From: a virus
Taxonomy: Duplodnaviria > Heunggongvirae > Uroviricota > Caudoviricetes > Herelleviridae
Length of the DNA stretch: 61,208 bases
Strand: one strand, 5' to 3'
IMG/VR virus record: IMGVR_UViG_2706796076_000001
Of the stretch, positions 18,787-27,973 are shown one piece after another; positions within the stretch are counted from its first letter, which is position 1; each line of letters starts with the position of its first letter. The notes below the pieces were generated by a model. It made no database searches and had not been told where the DNA came from. It was given only the letters and a program-made list of their open reading frames with translations. A program made the translations under genes and the position numbers.

Positions 18787-19197
18787 ATGGCTGAAAATAA
18801 TACACAAAATAATAACACTGATGAATTACAGGAGTTAAAGAGAAAGAAAGAACAAGAACAAGACAATACAGTTTCAAGAGTTATTCGTGGAGTAAATGAT
18901 GTTTTTGAGAAATATTATAATTTTAAAGAAATTAAATTAGATTTCAATATTAAATTAAGAGTACCTAATGCATTAGAGCAAGGTACAATTAACGCTATGC
19001 GTTCAAATTACTTAGGAGGTATGGATTTATACCAAAGCGATGAGATTTATAAAGCGTATCAAATGTTAGCAACAATTCAAGTCGTAGGTGTAGAAGTACC
19101 TGATGAGTTAAGTGACCCAGAAAAAATATATAACTTAATACCTTTAGTACGAGTTTACGATGATTGGATTGACTTCCTAGGAACCTTTCGTAGGTAA
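18787..19197 (+). CDS. Tail assembly chaperone
   Basis: 136 aa; YLGGMD...YQMLAT motif; two genes upstream of the tape measure. Confidence 0.8.
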   Translation: MAENNTQNNNTDELQELKRKKEQEQDNTVSRVIRGVNDVFEKYYNFKEIKLDFNIKLRVPNALEQGTINAMRSNYLGGMDLYQSDEIYKAYQMLATIQVVGVEVPDELSDPEKIYNLIPLVRVYDDWIDFLGTFRR

Positions 19198-19228
19198 CAG
19201 AGATAAAGAAATTTCTGATTCAGGCGGG

Positions 19229-19738
19229 ATGCAAGCACTTGTTAAGAGACCTTTATCCAGGAATATGTGGGCTATTATGAGAGAGTTTAAAGTATTGCCT
19301 ACAGACCCTAATTTCAAAAATTTAGATGCCTACCAAATACACTTTATTATTGAAAGTATGAATTTAGATAATAGAGAAATGGAAAGACGAAATAAAGGTT
19401 ACGATAGTACAGTTGAAGATGATGATACTTCATGGTATGATGAATCACAAGAAGAATTCGAGCCAGTACCAGACTTCTTAGATGCTGAAGACTTAGCAAA
19501 ACAAGCCTATGACAGACTTTCAGAATCAGAACGTATTAAGATGACTGAACGTGCAGAAGCTGAAGAAGATGATGAGGAAGCAAGAGAAATTCATAAAAAT
19601 AAAATGGCACAAATTCAAAAGAATATTGAAGAGCTTGACAAACAAGTTAACAATACTAGTGATAATCAAGAAGAGTACTCACAACAAAGTATTGAAGACG
19701 CACTTAATGAGTTTGACGATGATGATTTATATATGTAG
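19229..19738 (+). CDS. Second tail assembly chaperone (probably also made as a +1 frameshift fusion)
   Basis: Acidic 169 aa; the +1 frame is open from 19181, overlapping the end of the previous ORF. Confidence 0.78.
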   Translation: MQALVKRPLSRNMWAIMREFKVLPTDPNFKNLDAYQIHFIIESMNLDNREMERRNKGYDSTVEDDDTSWYDESQEEFEPVPDFLDAEDLAKQAYDRLSESERIKMTERAEAEEDDEEAREIHKNKMAQIQKNIEELDKQVNNTSDNQEEYSQQSIEDALNEFDDDDLYM

Positions 19739-19768
19739 GGTGGTAGGATGTTACTACCACCTTTTTTT
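19739..19768 (+). terminator. Intrinsic terminator just upstream of the tape measure gene
   Basis: GGTGGTAG-gatgtta-CTACCACC followed by T7. Confidence 0.75.
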
Positions 19769-19792
19769 AAAGTATAGGGCGGTGATTACTTA

Positions 19793-22700
19793 ATGGCAAT
19801 GAATGATAACTATAGATTGAATATATCAGGTGATAGCTCTCAGTTAGAGAGTAGTTTAAAAATCATACAAGCTTATATGGATGCTATAGAAAATATGGAG
19901 CTTGACAAACCGATTGACGGTATGGCTGATAAACTAAAAATTATAGCATCTCAATTTAAAAGAATTAAAGATATTGCTGATAAAACTGATGGTAGTGCTT
20001 TTATATCTTCTAAAGATATGAATACAGTAGTAGATTCTACAAGAAAAGCTACTAAAGAAATTAATGATTTTAAAGATGCTATATCCGATGCTCAAAAAGA
20101 ACAAATAGCAATGGGTAAAGCACCTAATACAAATTTACAAAAATCATATGAAAAATTAAATAATACTTTAGAATCTATGACTAAGAATTTAGATGAATTC
20201 TCTTCAAAAACTGTAGGTACCGATAGTGGTATTAATACACGTATACAAGATATGAAGCGTCTAGGTGAAGCTACAGATGATTATTATGAATCTTTAAATA
20301 ATGCTATGACAGCTCAACAAAAGATGAAACAGATAAGAGCTTCTGAGTATAGAGTAAGACGTAATTTAGATAAATCAGAAATATCAGGTAGAATGTCTTA
20401 TGATACAGGTACTCAAACTAAATCAGCAATCGGTAAATCTCAATTTATGCGTAGAGATTCAGCTGACCTAAAAAAACAATTGGCTGATTTACGTAATAGA
20501 GATAAAAATGATACATCAATGACTAATCTTAATAGGAGATTTACAAATAAAGAAATTGATAAATCTACCTATCAACAAGAAAGAGCACAAATAGAAGCTA
20601 ATAATAAAGCTAGAGCCAAAGAAATAGATTCCATTGAAAAATTAATACGTCAAATGGATACTACATCTAACTACTTTGATAATGTAGCTAGTAAACAGAT
20701 GGATGACCGAAGAATAGACCCAGCTAGAGGAACGTTTAAAGGTATCTTTAGAGAACGTGCACCTTCCATTGCCTCACACGGTGTAATGGCTGGTATGGCT
20801 GTTGGTGGCGGTATGTACATGAAAGGTAAGTCTTTAAGTGAATCAAACCGACCACAAAAAATAGCCTTAGGTCAGCAAATGGGTACAAGTGATTATAAAT
20901 CAGTAAGACATAATTTTGAAGAGATGTCAATAGATAATCATCTAGGTTATAATAGTACTGATATGCTTAAATTTGCTTCAGACTACATGGGAAGTGTAGG
21001 ATATAAAGGTCAAGACAATGTAAATAGTGGAGTTAAAGAGTTAGCTACAGGTGGAAAAGCGATGGGTATCGCAGACGACCAAGCTTATAGGGACTCTATG
21101 AATACATTAATGCACACTGGTGCTATTGATTCTGGAGCAGATATTAAAGATATACAAAGTGCTTTCTTAGGTGGACTAAAAGAATCAGGAATGGTTGGAA
21201 GAAATGAAGAGCAATTAAAAGCTTTATCTTCAATTGCTGAGTCAGTCGGTCAAGGAAGAACGATGACAAAAAATGATTTAAGTAATGTATCATCTATGCA
21301 ATCTATGTTAGCATCTTCAGGTTCTAAAGGATTACAAGGACAACAAGGTGCAGAATTCATGTCAAGCCTTAATGATGGAATTAGAAATGGTATGCAAGAC
21401 CCTTATATTAGAAATGCAATGGGTTGGGGCTCACAATACCAAGGTTTAGAAGGTAGGTATGATTTACAAAAACGTATGGATAAAGGTATTGCCGACCCTG
21501 AAAATGTATCAGACCTTTATCAACAAGCTACTCAAGTATCAAGCTCTAAAAAAGGACAAAAGATAGCCTTTAATGAAAGCCTAAAACAAATGGGTGTAGA
21601 TGCTACCTTAGAACAGTCTGATGAGTTATTTAAAATGGCTGAAGAAGGTAAGCTAACTAAGAAAGCTTTAGAAGACTATAAAAAGAAAACATCTAAAGAA
21701 GGTTCTAAAGAAAGAGATAAAAACTCTAAAGATTATAAAGAATCACAAGAAGGTAAAGACGACCAAGGAAAAGCTAAAGCTGATAGATTAGCAGAAAACC
21801 TTTACGATATGACTGGAAAAATAAGAAATGTTAATACAGCATTAATGAGTCTTCCAGCACCTTTCTACTTAGCAGGAGCTAGTGCCATGGCTTTTGCTGT
21901 TTCTTTAATGAAATCTATAGCAATGATGAAAGGTTCAGAGATGTTAGGTAGAAGAGCTAACGGAGAATCTTTATTAGGAAGAAGAGGCAGAGGAAAAGGT
22001 AGAAATGGAAGAGCAGGAGGTCGTAGAGGAAGAACAGATAATGGTTCTGGAACTCCAATAGGCGGTGGAGGCTCCCCTAAAAAACCTAATGGTAATGGTG
22101 GTGGAACATTCCACAAAGGCTCAACAGGTAGAAAAGGTGGAAGACTTGGAAGAGTTGGTGATTTTGGTAAAAGACTTATCCAAGTTGGAGAATATAAACC
22201 TACCGATACAAGCCGAGGCGGACAGATAAAAGGTTTAGGAGATTTAGGTAAGAAAATAAAAGATGGAACAACTAGAGCAGGAGAAGGCATTAAAGGAATT
22301 GATTGGAAAGGACTCGGAAACAATGCTAAAAACATTGGTAGAGGAGTTGTTTCAAAAGGTCGAGGAATTGACTGGAAAGGAATAGGAAGTAATGCCAAGA
22401 CAACAGGAAAAGGTATAGTCTCTAAAGGAAAAGGTCTTTTATCTAAAATACCTAAAGGCAAAGGCGGAACAAGTGGTATAACAGCAGGAGCTAGAGGTCT
22501 TAAAGGATTAGGAAAAGGAATTCCATTATTAGGATTAGGTATATCAGCATTAGATATAGGTAGTTCTCTTAAGAGCGGTAACAAAGAAGCTATAGGAGGA
22601 AGCATCGGTGGAGCTACAGGAGCTACCGCAGGTGGAGCTATTGGTGCTACTATAGGTTCTGTAATACCAGGATTAGGAACAGCTATAGGTGGTATTGCTG

Positions 22701-23071
22701 GAAGTACAATAGGAGGAATAGTTGGAGATAAAGCTGGCTCAGAAGTCGGTAAAAAAGGATTGAAAAAATCTTTAGGTATCGGATGGACTAAACCTAAATC
22801 TTATAAAGACTTTGGTCTTGTAGGAAAAGCATGGCATGGATTATTTGGAAGCAAAAAAGGTAAAAATAAAAACATACCAACAAACGACCCTACCAAAATA
22901 GGATTCTTAGGTGGAGCTGGAAAAGGAGGAATGGGTTCTCCTTCAGATGATAAAGTAAAAAGAAATCCAGCACTTATTAGTATGGCACCACAATTAAGTC
23001 ATCAAGGTTTAAGTGAATTTGAAAAAGAGGGAGATAAAGAAAATAAAAAAGGAATTTCAGGATTTAGAGGT
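19793..23071 (+). CDS. Tape measure protein, exon 1 (1093 codons)
   Basis: MAMNDNYRLNISGDSSQLE...; long helical region then Gly-rich region; ends ...GISGFRG at the U.G splice site. Confidence 0.9.
22295..22432 (+). repeat. Tandem 23-aa (69-nt) repeat in tape measure
   Basis: GIDWKGLGNNAKNIGRGVVSKGR followed by GIDWKGIGSNAKTTGKGIVSKGK. Confidence 0.85.
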
Positions 23072-23587
23072 AACGATTGTTACAAACAAATTGCCTTGCT
23101 AGTAGCGTAAGTTGCTAGTATCGGGTGTTAAATGCTAAGAATCCGTAAAGCTAACTTAACTAAAACAGAATCCGAAAGGATAAATGGAAAAGTTACGAAA
23201 GTAGAAAAAATAAGTTAGATGTGCTAAGGTTAAATCCTAAGGTATACGTAATCGGTCTTTAGCAGGGAAAGTCCTAAGTTAATAGATAAGGAAGACCCTC
23301 AACGACTATCTCCTGACGGGAGAGTAAAACCACAAGCTATTGGTGGAAGAAAAATACCCACCCTATAATAATAGGGAAGTCAAATAGTCTACACACGTAG
23401 TGAAAGCTAGTGACTAGGAATAGACCTAGGGCTTAGAAGTAGCGTTCTATAGCTAAATAAAGTTAAAATATATAAGTTTTTAAATTTTATTCCAACTTTA
23501 TATTTTTAAAAAAAATAACTATCCTTCTAAGACCTATATAAAAGGATAAAATTTATAAATGTTTTATATATTTTAACCTATGGTAAG
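23072..23587 (+). ncRNA. Group I intron in tape measure gene (P7.1/P7.2 present, IA2-like); proximal 3' end uncertain (G23583 or G23587), distal alternative end near 24467-24486
   Basis: P1 GAGGU/GCCUU (23093-23097); P2 hairpin; P3 GGGUG/UACCC; P4 UGCUAA/UUAGCA; GACUA 23304-23308; UAGUC 23385-23389; GAAA-capped P9. Confidence 0.88.
23462..23493 (+). repeat. Intronic docking strand complementary to both 23544-23577 and 24438-24461
   Basis: 14 consecutive bp plus about 10 further bp with the proximal copy; 23 of 24 bp with the distal copy. Confidence 0.9.
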
Positions 23588-24436
23588 AAGAAGGGTAAGA
23601 AGAGAAATAATCTAAAAGAAAGATTTAGACTTGAAACTTTAAGAGAGAAAAATGCACGAGAACAAAATAAAAACATACCTGTATTAAGCCAATTCTTTGA
23701 TAACGTAATAGCTAACCTAGAATCATCAGACTCTGGAGGAGATGATGAAGGCGGTTCTGTAGGTGAACTAGATTACTTAAATGGTAAAAACTTTACTAAT
23801 TCAGATATAACTAAACACGATTTAGGTAAAACAGCTAAGGGCGTTAATGCTAAGATGTTAAATAAATGGATTGACGCTATGGCTCCTAAAAATTCTAAAA
23901 TGCGTGGTTTAGGAGAAATATACATGAAAGCAGGTAAAGCATCTGGATTAGACCCTCGTTACTTAGTAGCACATAGTGCTGTAGAAACAGCTTGGGGTAC
24001 TTCCAACCTATCACATGGAGGAGACCCTAAAAAAGGTAACTGGTACGGAATTGGTGCGTTTGATAACAATCCTAATAACGGATTTAATTATGGTTTAGGT
24101 ATTGTTGGTGGAGCTAAGTGGATAGCTAAAAATTTCTATAGTAGAGGACAAAAAACACTACACAAAATGCGTCATAATGGAGGACAACATGAATATGCAA
24201 CAGCAGGAAACTGGGATACAATGATTGCTAGTATAATGGGTAGTTCAGATAAATTCTTAAAAGGTGGTAAAGGTGGTAGGTTTTCACCTCCACAGACAGA
24301 AACAGTAGAATCAACAACAAGAAGTAAGAATTTAGACTTAAATTTAACTATTCCAGAAGGTTATGATGTAGATAAAGCAAGTGATATGATTGTAAATGAA
24401 GTAGTTAATTACATGAATAAAAATTTACAATACTAA
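23588..24436 (+). CDS. Tape measure alternative C-terminal exon A: linker plus GH73 glucosaminidase-like domain
   Basis: Frame open from 23531 with no credible own start. Contains LREKN, LDPRYLVAHSAVETAWGTS, NWYGIGAFD and YAT. Start coordinate assumes the in-frame junction at G23587. Confidence 0.75.
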   Translation, partial: KKGKKRNNLKERFRLETLREKNAREQNKNIPVLSQFFDNVIANLESSDSGGDDEGGSVGELDYLNGKNFTNSDITKHDLGKTAKGVNAKMLNKWIDAMAPKNSKMRGLGEIYMKAGKASGLDPRYLVAHSAVETAWGTSNLSHGGDPKKGNWYGIGAFDNNPNNGFNYGLGIVGGAKWIAKNFYSRGQKTLHKMRHNGGQHEYATAGNWDTMIASIMGSSDKFLKGGKGGRFSPPQTETVESTTRSKNLDLNLTIPEGYDVDKASDMIVNEVVNYMNKNLQY

Positions 24437-24486
24437 TATTTAAAAACTTATATACTTTAACGTATGGCATACTAGGAGATAAAAAG

Positions 24487-25296
24487 AAAAAAGGTAAAAT
24501 GACTACCGAACAACTCAGAGAGAAAAATAATGCTTCTGAGACTAAAAACCTTAAAACTTATAAAAGTTTATTAGATAGAGCTGAACAATTAATAAATGAT
24601 GCTAAATCTTTAGACGGAGGAGGAAGTGATTCAGGTAGTTCTGATGACTCTGACGTAGGGGATTCAGCAGGTGGAGATAAGAAAAAATCAGCTGATAAAT
24701 GGAAAGATGATATTAGAAAAGCCGCCAAAGCAATGGGTGTTAAAATATCAGATAAAGATGTAGACGGAATAGCAAGTCTTATTCAAAAAGAATCTGGTGG
24801 AGACCCTAAAATAAAACAACAAATTAAAGATATAAACAGTGGCGGTAATGAGGCACAAGGTCTTTTACAATATGTTCCTAGTACTTTCAACAACTATAAA
24901 GTAAAAGGACATGGAAACATTCATAATGGATACGACCAATTATTAGCTTTCTTTAATAATAAAAACTGGAAGAGCGACTATAACCCTAACGGTGGTTGGT
25001 CTCCTACAGGAGGAAGAGCTAAAGGAGGTAAAGGTGGTAGATTCTCAGCACCACAAGAACCTGTAAGTCCTGTGACAAGTGCTTTACTTAACAATACAGC
25101 ACCTTTACCTACAAGAAGCTCTAATAGTAATTCAATGTCTAGTAACGTGAATAATAACAATAATGTTAGAGTTAATGTGAATGTACAAGGTAATCAAAAT
25201 AATTCTGAAGAATTAGGAGAAGCTGTAGAAAGTAAGTTTAATAATGTTATGAATACAGATTTAAGTATCTTCTCCAATCAATATAGAAGAGTTTAA
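24487..25296 (+). CDS. Tape measure alternative C-terminal exon B (or stand-alone ORF from ATG 24499): linker plus SLT-type lytic transglycosylase
   Basis: IASLIQKESGGDP (catalytic Glu) and GLLQY motifs; LREKN start and KGGKGGRFS end shared with exon A. Confidence 0.75.
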   Translation, partial: KKGKMTTEQLREKNNASETKNLKTYKSLLDRAEQLINDAKSLDGGGSDSGSSDDSDVGDSAGGDKKKSADKWKDDIRKAAKAMGVKISDKDVDGIASLIQKESGGDPKIKQQIKDINSGGNEAQGLLQYVPSTFNNYKVKGHGNIHNGYDQLLAFFNNKNWKSDYNPNGGWSPTGGRAKGGKGGRFSAPQEPVSPVTSALLNNTAPLPTRSSNSNSMSSNVNNNNNVRVNVNVQGNQNNSEELGEAVESKFNNVMNTDLSIFSNQYRRV

Positions 25297-25297
25297 T

Positions 25298-25321
25298 AAG
25301 GTGGTTTATAAACCACCTTTT
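25298..25321 (+). terminator. Intrinsic terminator after exon B
   Basis: AAGGTGGTTT-ata-AACCACCTT followed by T. No equivalent hairpin lies between exons A and B. Confidence 0.75.
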
Positions 25322-25352
25322 ATACATATTTTTTAACAAAGGACAGATTTAA

Positions 25353-27959
25353 ATGAAAAGGATAAGAAGACCTGATATAAGATTAGAATTCGTTACAGAT
25401 GAAAATATATTTACTTTAAGATATAGTAATGCTGTAGAAGTTACAGGAGAGCAAGTAGGAAATAAAGTCCTAGGTTTCCAAACTAAAAATGCTATGTCAG
25501 ATGATAGTGCTACTTTTGTCATTACTCTAGCAGGAGATACAAATTGGGATAAAGCTTTAATGATTAATGATATTGTTAAGATTTATATTAATCCTAATCC
25601 AGCAGATGATAAAGAAGGACTAGTATTAGTAGGTATGATTTCTCAAGTATCTAAAATAGGAAGTTACAGCAACGACCAAACCACATATAGAATAACAGGT
25701 CAAGCTTTCTCTAAACCTTTTATTAAATTTGGATTAGGTGTAATCCAAGAGGTTCAAGCTGTATTACCAGCAACAGGTTGGTTAGTAGATGGTGAGAAAA
25801 TAAAATTTAGTGGTTCTAATGCTAGTCAAATAATGAAAGAGGTATTAGATTATTTTATACCATTTATGAGATATAAGTACGATGATGGTAAAGGTAACCA
25901 TAATAAGACTATATCCGACCATTTTGCTTGGGATGGATTAGATAGCTGGACAGCTTTTGAGAATCTTAAAGACACCACTCAATTAACTAATTTTGACGGT
26001 AGCTTAAAGCAAATGATGGATATGATTACAGCTAAACCATTTAATGAATTATTCTTTAGAAACGGACAAGATAAAAACGCTGATAAAACACAATTAGTTA
26101 TGCGTAAGACACCTTTTAATGAATCTCAGTGGAAAGCTTTAGATTATGAGACAGTAAGTTCTGAAGACTTTGTAGAAGAAGATGTAGGTAAATCTGATGT
26201 AGAGACATATTCTATATTTACAGTTACAACACCACAAATGCTTAAAACAATGGAAGCTGATGTATTTTCTAAACCGCAATATCATAAAGAGCTTGTTGAT
26301 AGATATGGTTATTCTAAATTAGAAGTAGAAAATATGTATATACCTATTGAAGAGAACTCATCTACAGAAGATGATAACAATGATGCTGGAGATGAACAAG
26401 AATCTTATGATAAAGTAATGAAAGACCTTAAAAAAGAAGGTAAAGATAAAGTATCAAAAGCAAAAAATAAATGGGTTAAAAAGTTAGCTAGTAAATATAA
26501 AGGATTAACGAAAGAAAATGCACAAGAAATAGTTGACAAATTCTCAAAAGATGGTAAACTAAGTGAAGAAGATTATAAAAAGATTATTGATAAAAGAGAT
26601 GCTGGAGCTCAAAAAGGTACTTACGATAAAGTATTAAAAGACCTTAAAAACCAAGGACAACAAGAAGTAAATGCAAAACAAGAAGGTTGGGCTAAAATAC
26701 TATCTAGTAGATATCATGATTTAACTAAAGACCAAGCTAAAAAATTAGTAGCAGAGTTCTCAAAAACTGGAAGTATCTCTGAAAGTAAGTATAAAGAAGT
26801 TACAGGTAGAAGTGCGGAGTCAGACCAACAAATAGATAATAGACCTATAGCAACTGTATCTAAGCTTAAAGATAAACTTAAAAAACACTTCCCTGATAAT
26901 AAATCTTTTGAAGGAGAAGATGGTAAAAAGAATAAGAAAAAAGCTATTGATGATTTAGCAAATAACTTTAGATTTGGTAGTAAAGCAGATGCTGAAAAAC
27001 TTGTAGAAAAATATATGGAATATAAAGGAACACCTCCTGACGACCAGATATATAAAGACTATATTAAGGCATTAGAGGAGATTAGTAATGCTAGTGCAGA
27101 TGTAGGAGCAGATGCTACAGACAGTCCTATGTTGATATTTAGTAAAATGCTTTATAATTGGTATTACAATAATCCTAACTTCTATTCAGGAGATATAATT
27201 GTTCTAGGACACCATAAATATGATTTAGGAAAACGATTGTTTGTTAAAGATGAACAACGTAATGATGTTTGGGAATTCTATATTGAATCAGTAGAACATA
27301 AATTTGATTACAAACAAGGATACTATACAACTATAGGAGTAACTAGAGGACTTAAAGAAGCTGAAGTACCAGACGGAAGTCCTGTTAGATTTGCACCTCC
27401 TTGGGGTCAATCATCAGACTTTATCGGAGGTTTATTAGGAGAGAAATCACTAGCAGACATGAAATCAGAAGCCATAGCTGAAAAAAATAAAGGTAAAGAT
27501 GGTGGCGGAGATGATGAAGGAGGAGACGCTAGTGGAGGAGAATCTCTTAAAAAATTAGAAAAGTACAAAGGTGATTTACCTAAGTGGGATAAGAAAACTT
27601 ACCCAGGAAATCCACAAGTAGGTGGTTTAGTAGGTGAATGTACTTGGTATGTATATAATAGACGTAAACAGTTTGGGCTTTCCTGTGGAGCGTGGGGTGA
27701 TGCTCATAATTACGACAACGCCGCCAGAGCACAGGGTATAGGTGTAGGAACAACACCTAAACGTGGTGCTATTCTTAACTGGGAAGCTTACAAAAGTGGA
27801 GACCACGGAACAGGTCATGTTGCTTTTGTAGAAGGTGTCTCTAAAGATGGTAAAACAATCCATATATCTGAATATAATTATTCAGCTTACCATACTTATG
27901 GTGAGAGAACGCTTAAAGTAAGTAGTTTACCTAAGGGAAATTATCACTTTATATATTAG
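25353..27959 (+). CDS. Tail-associated lysin/baseplate hub with C-terminal CHAP domain
   Basis: MKRIRRPDIRLEFVTD start as in K ORF56-like proteins; GECTWYV...GHVAFVE...ISEYNY CHAP catalytic motifs. Confidence 0.92.
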   Translation: MKRIRRPDIRLEFVTDENIFTLRYSNAVEVTGEQVGNKVLGFQTKNAMSDDSATFVITLAGDTNWDKALMINDIVKIYINPNPADDKEGLVLVGMISQVSKIGSYSNDQTTYRITGQAFSKPFIKFGLGVIQEVQAVLPATGWLVDGEKIKFSGSNASQIMKEVLDYFIPFMRYKYDDGKGNHNKTISDHFAWDGLDSWTAFENLKDTTQLTNFDGSLKQMMDMITAKPFNELFFRNGQDKNADKTQLVMRKTPFNESQWKALDYETVSSEDFVEEDVGKSDVETYSIFTVTTPQMLKTMEADVFSKPQYHKELVDRYGYSKLEVENMYIPIEENSSTEDDNNDAGDEQESYDKVMKDLKKEGKDKVSKAKNKWVKKLASKYKGLTKENAQEIVDKFSKDGKLSEEDYKKIIDKRDAGAQKGTYDKVLKDLKNQGQQEVNAKQEGWAKILSSRYHDLTKDQAKKLVAEFSKTGSISESKYKEVTGRSAESDQQIDNRPIATVSKLKDKLKKHFPDNKSFEGEDGKKNKKKAIDDLANNFRFGSKADAEKLVEKYMEYKGTPPDDQIYKDYIKALEEISNASADVGADATDSPMLIFSKMLYNWYYNNPNFYSGDIIVLGHHKYDLGKRLFVKDEQRNDVWEFYIESVEHKFDYKQGYYTTIGVTRGLKEAEVPDGSPVRFAPPWGQSSDFIGGLLGEKSLADMKSEAIAEKNKGKDGGGDDEGGDASGGESLKKLEKYKGDLPKWDKKTYPGNPQVGGLVGECTWYVYNRRKQFGLSCGAWGDAHNYDNAARAQGIGVGTTPKRGAILNWEAYKSGDHGTGHVAFVEGVSKDGKTIHISEYNYSAYHTYGERTLKVSSLPKGNYHFIY

Positions 27960-27973
27960 AAAAGAGATGAGTT

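Noticed and set aside
19551-19793. 80-aa plus-strand ORF bridging chaperone and tape measure
   Set aside because: Overlaps the chaperone and runs through an intrinsic terminator.
21865-22605. 246-aa minus-strand Pro/Leu-rich ORF
   Set aside because: Antisense shadow of the Gly/Lys-rich tape-measure region; no RBS or promoter seen.
23063-23064. Alternative 5' splice site after GGAUU, which would be in frame with the TATGG ends
   Set aside because: Its P1 is weak and far from P2 compared with U23071. Kept only as a fallback for RT-PCR to settle.
23855-24436. Stand-alone 193-aa glucosaminidase starting at ATG 23855
   Set aside because: The frame is open and homologous to module B about 90 codons further upstream, and no good RBS precedes 23855. 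It is better explained as a spliced exon.
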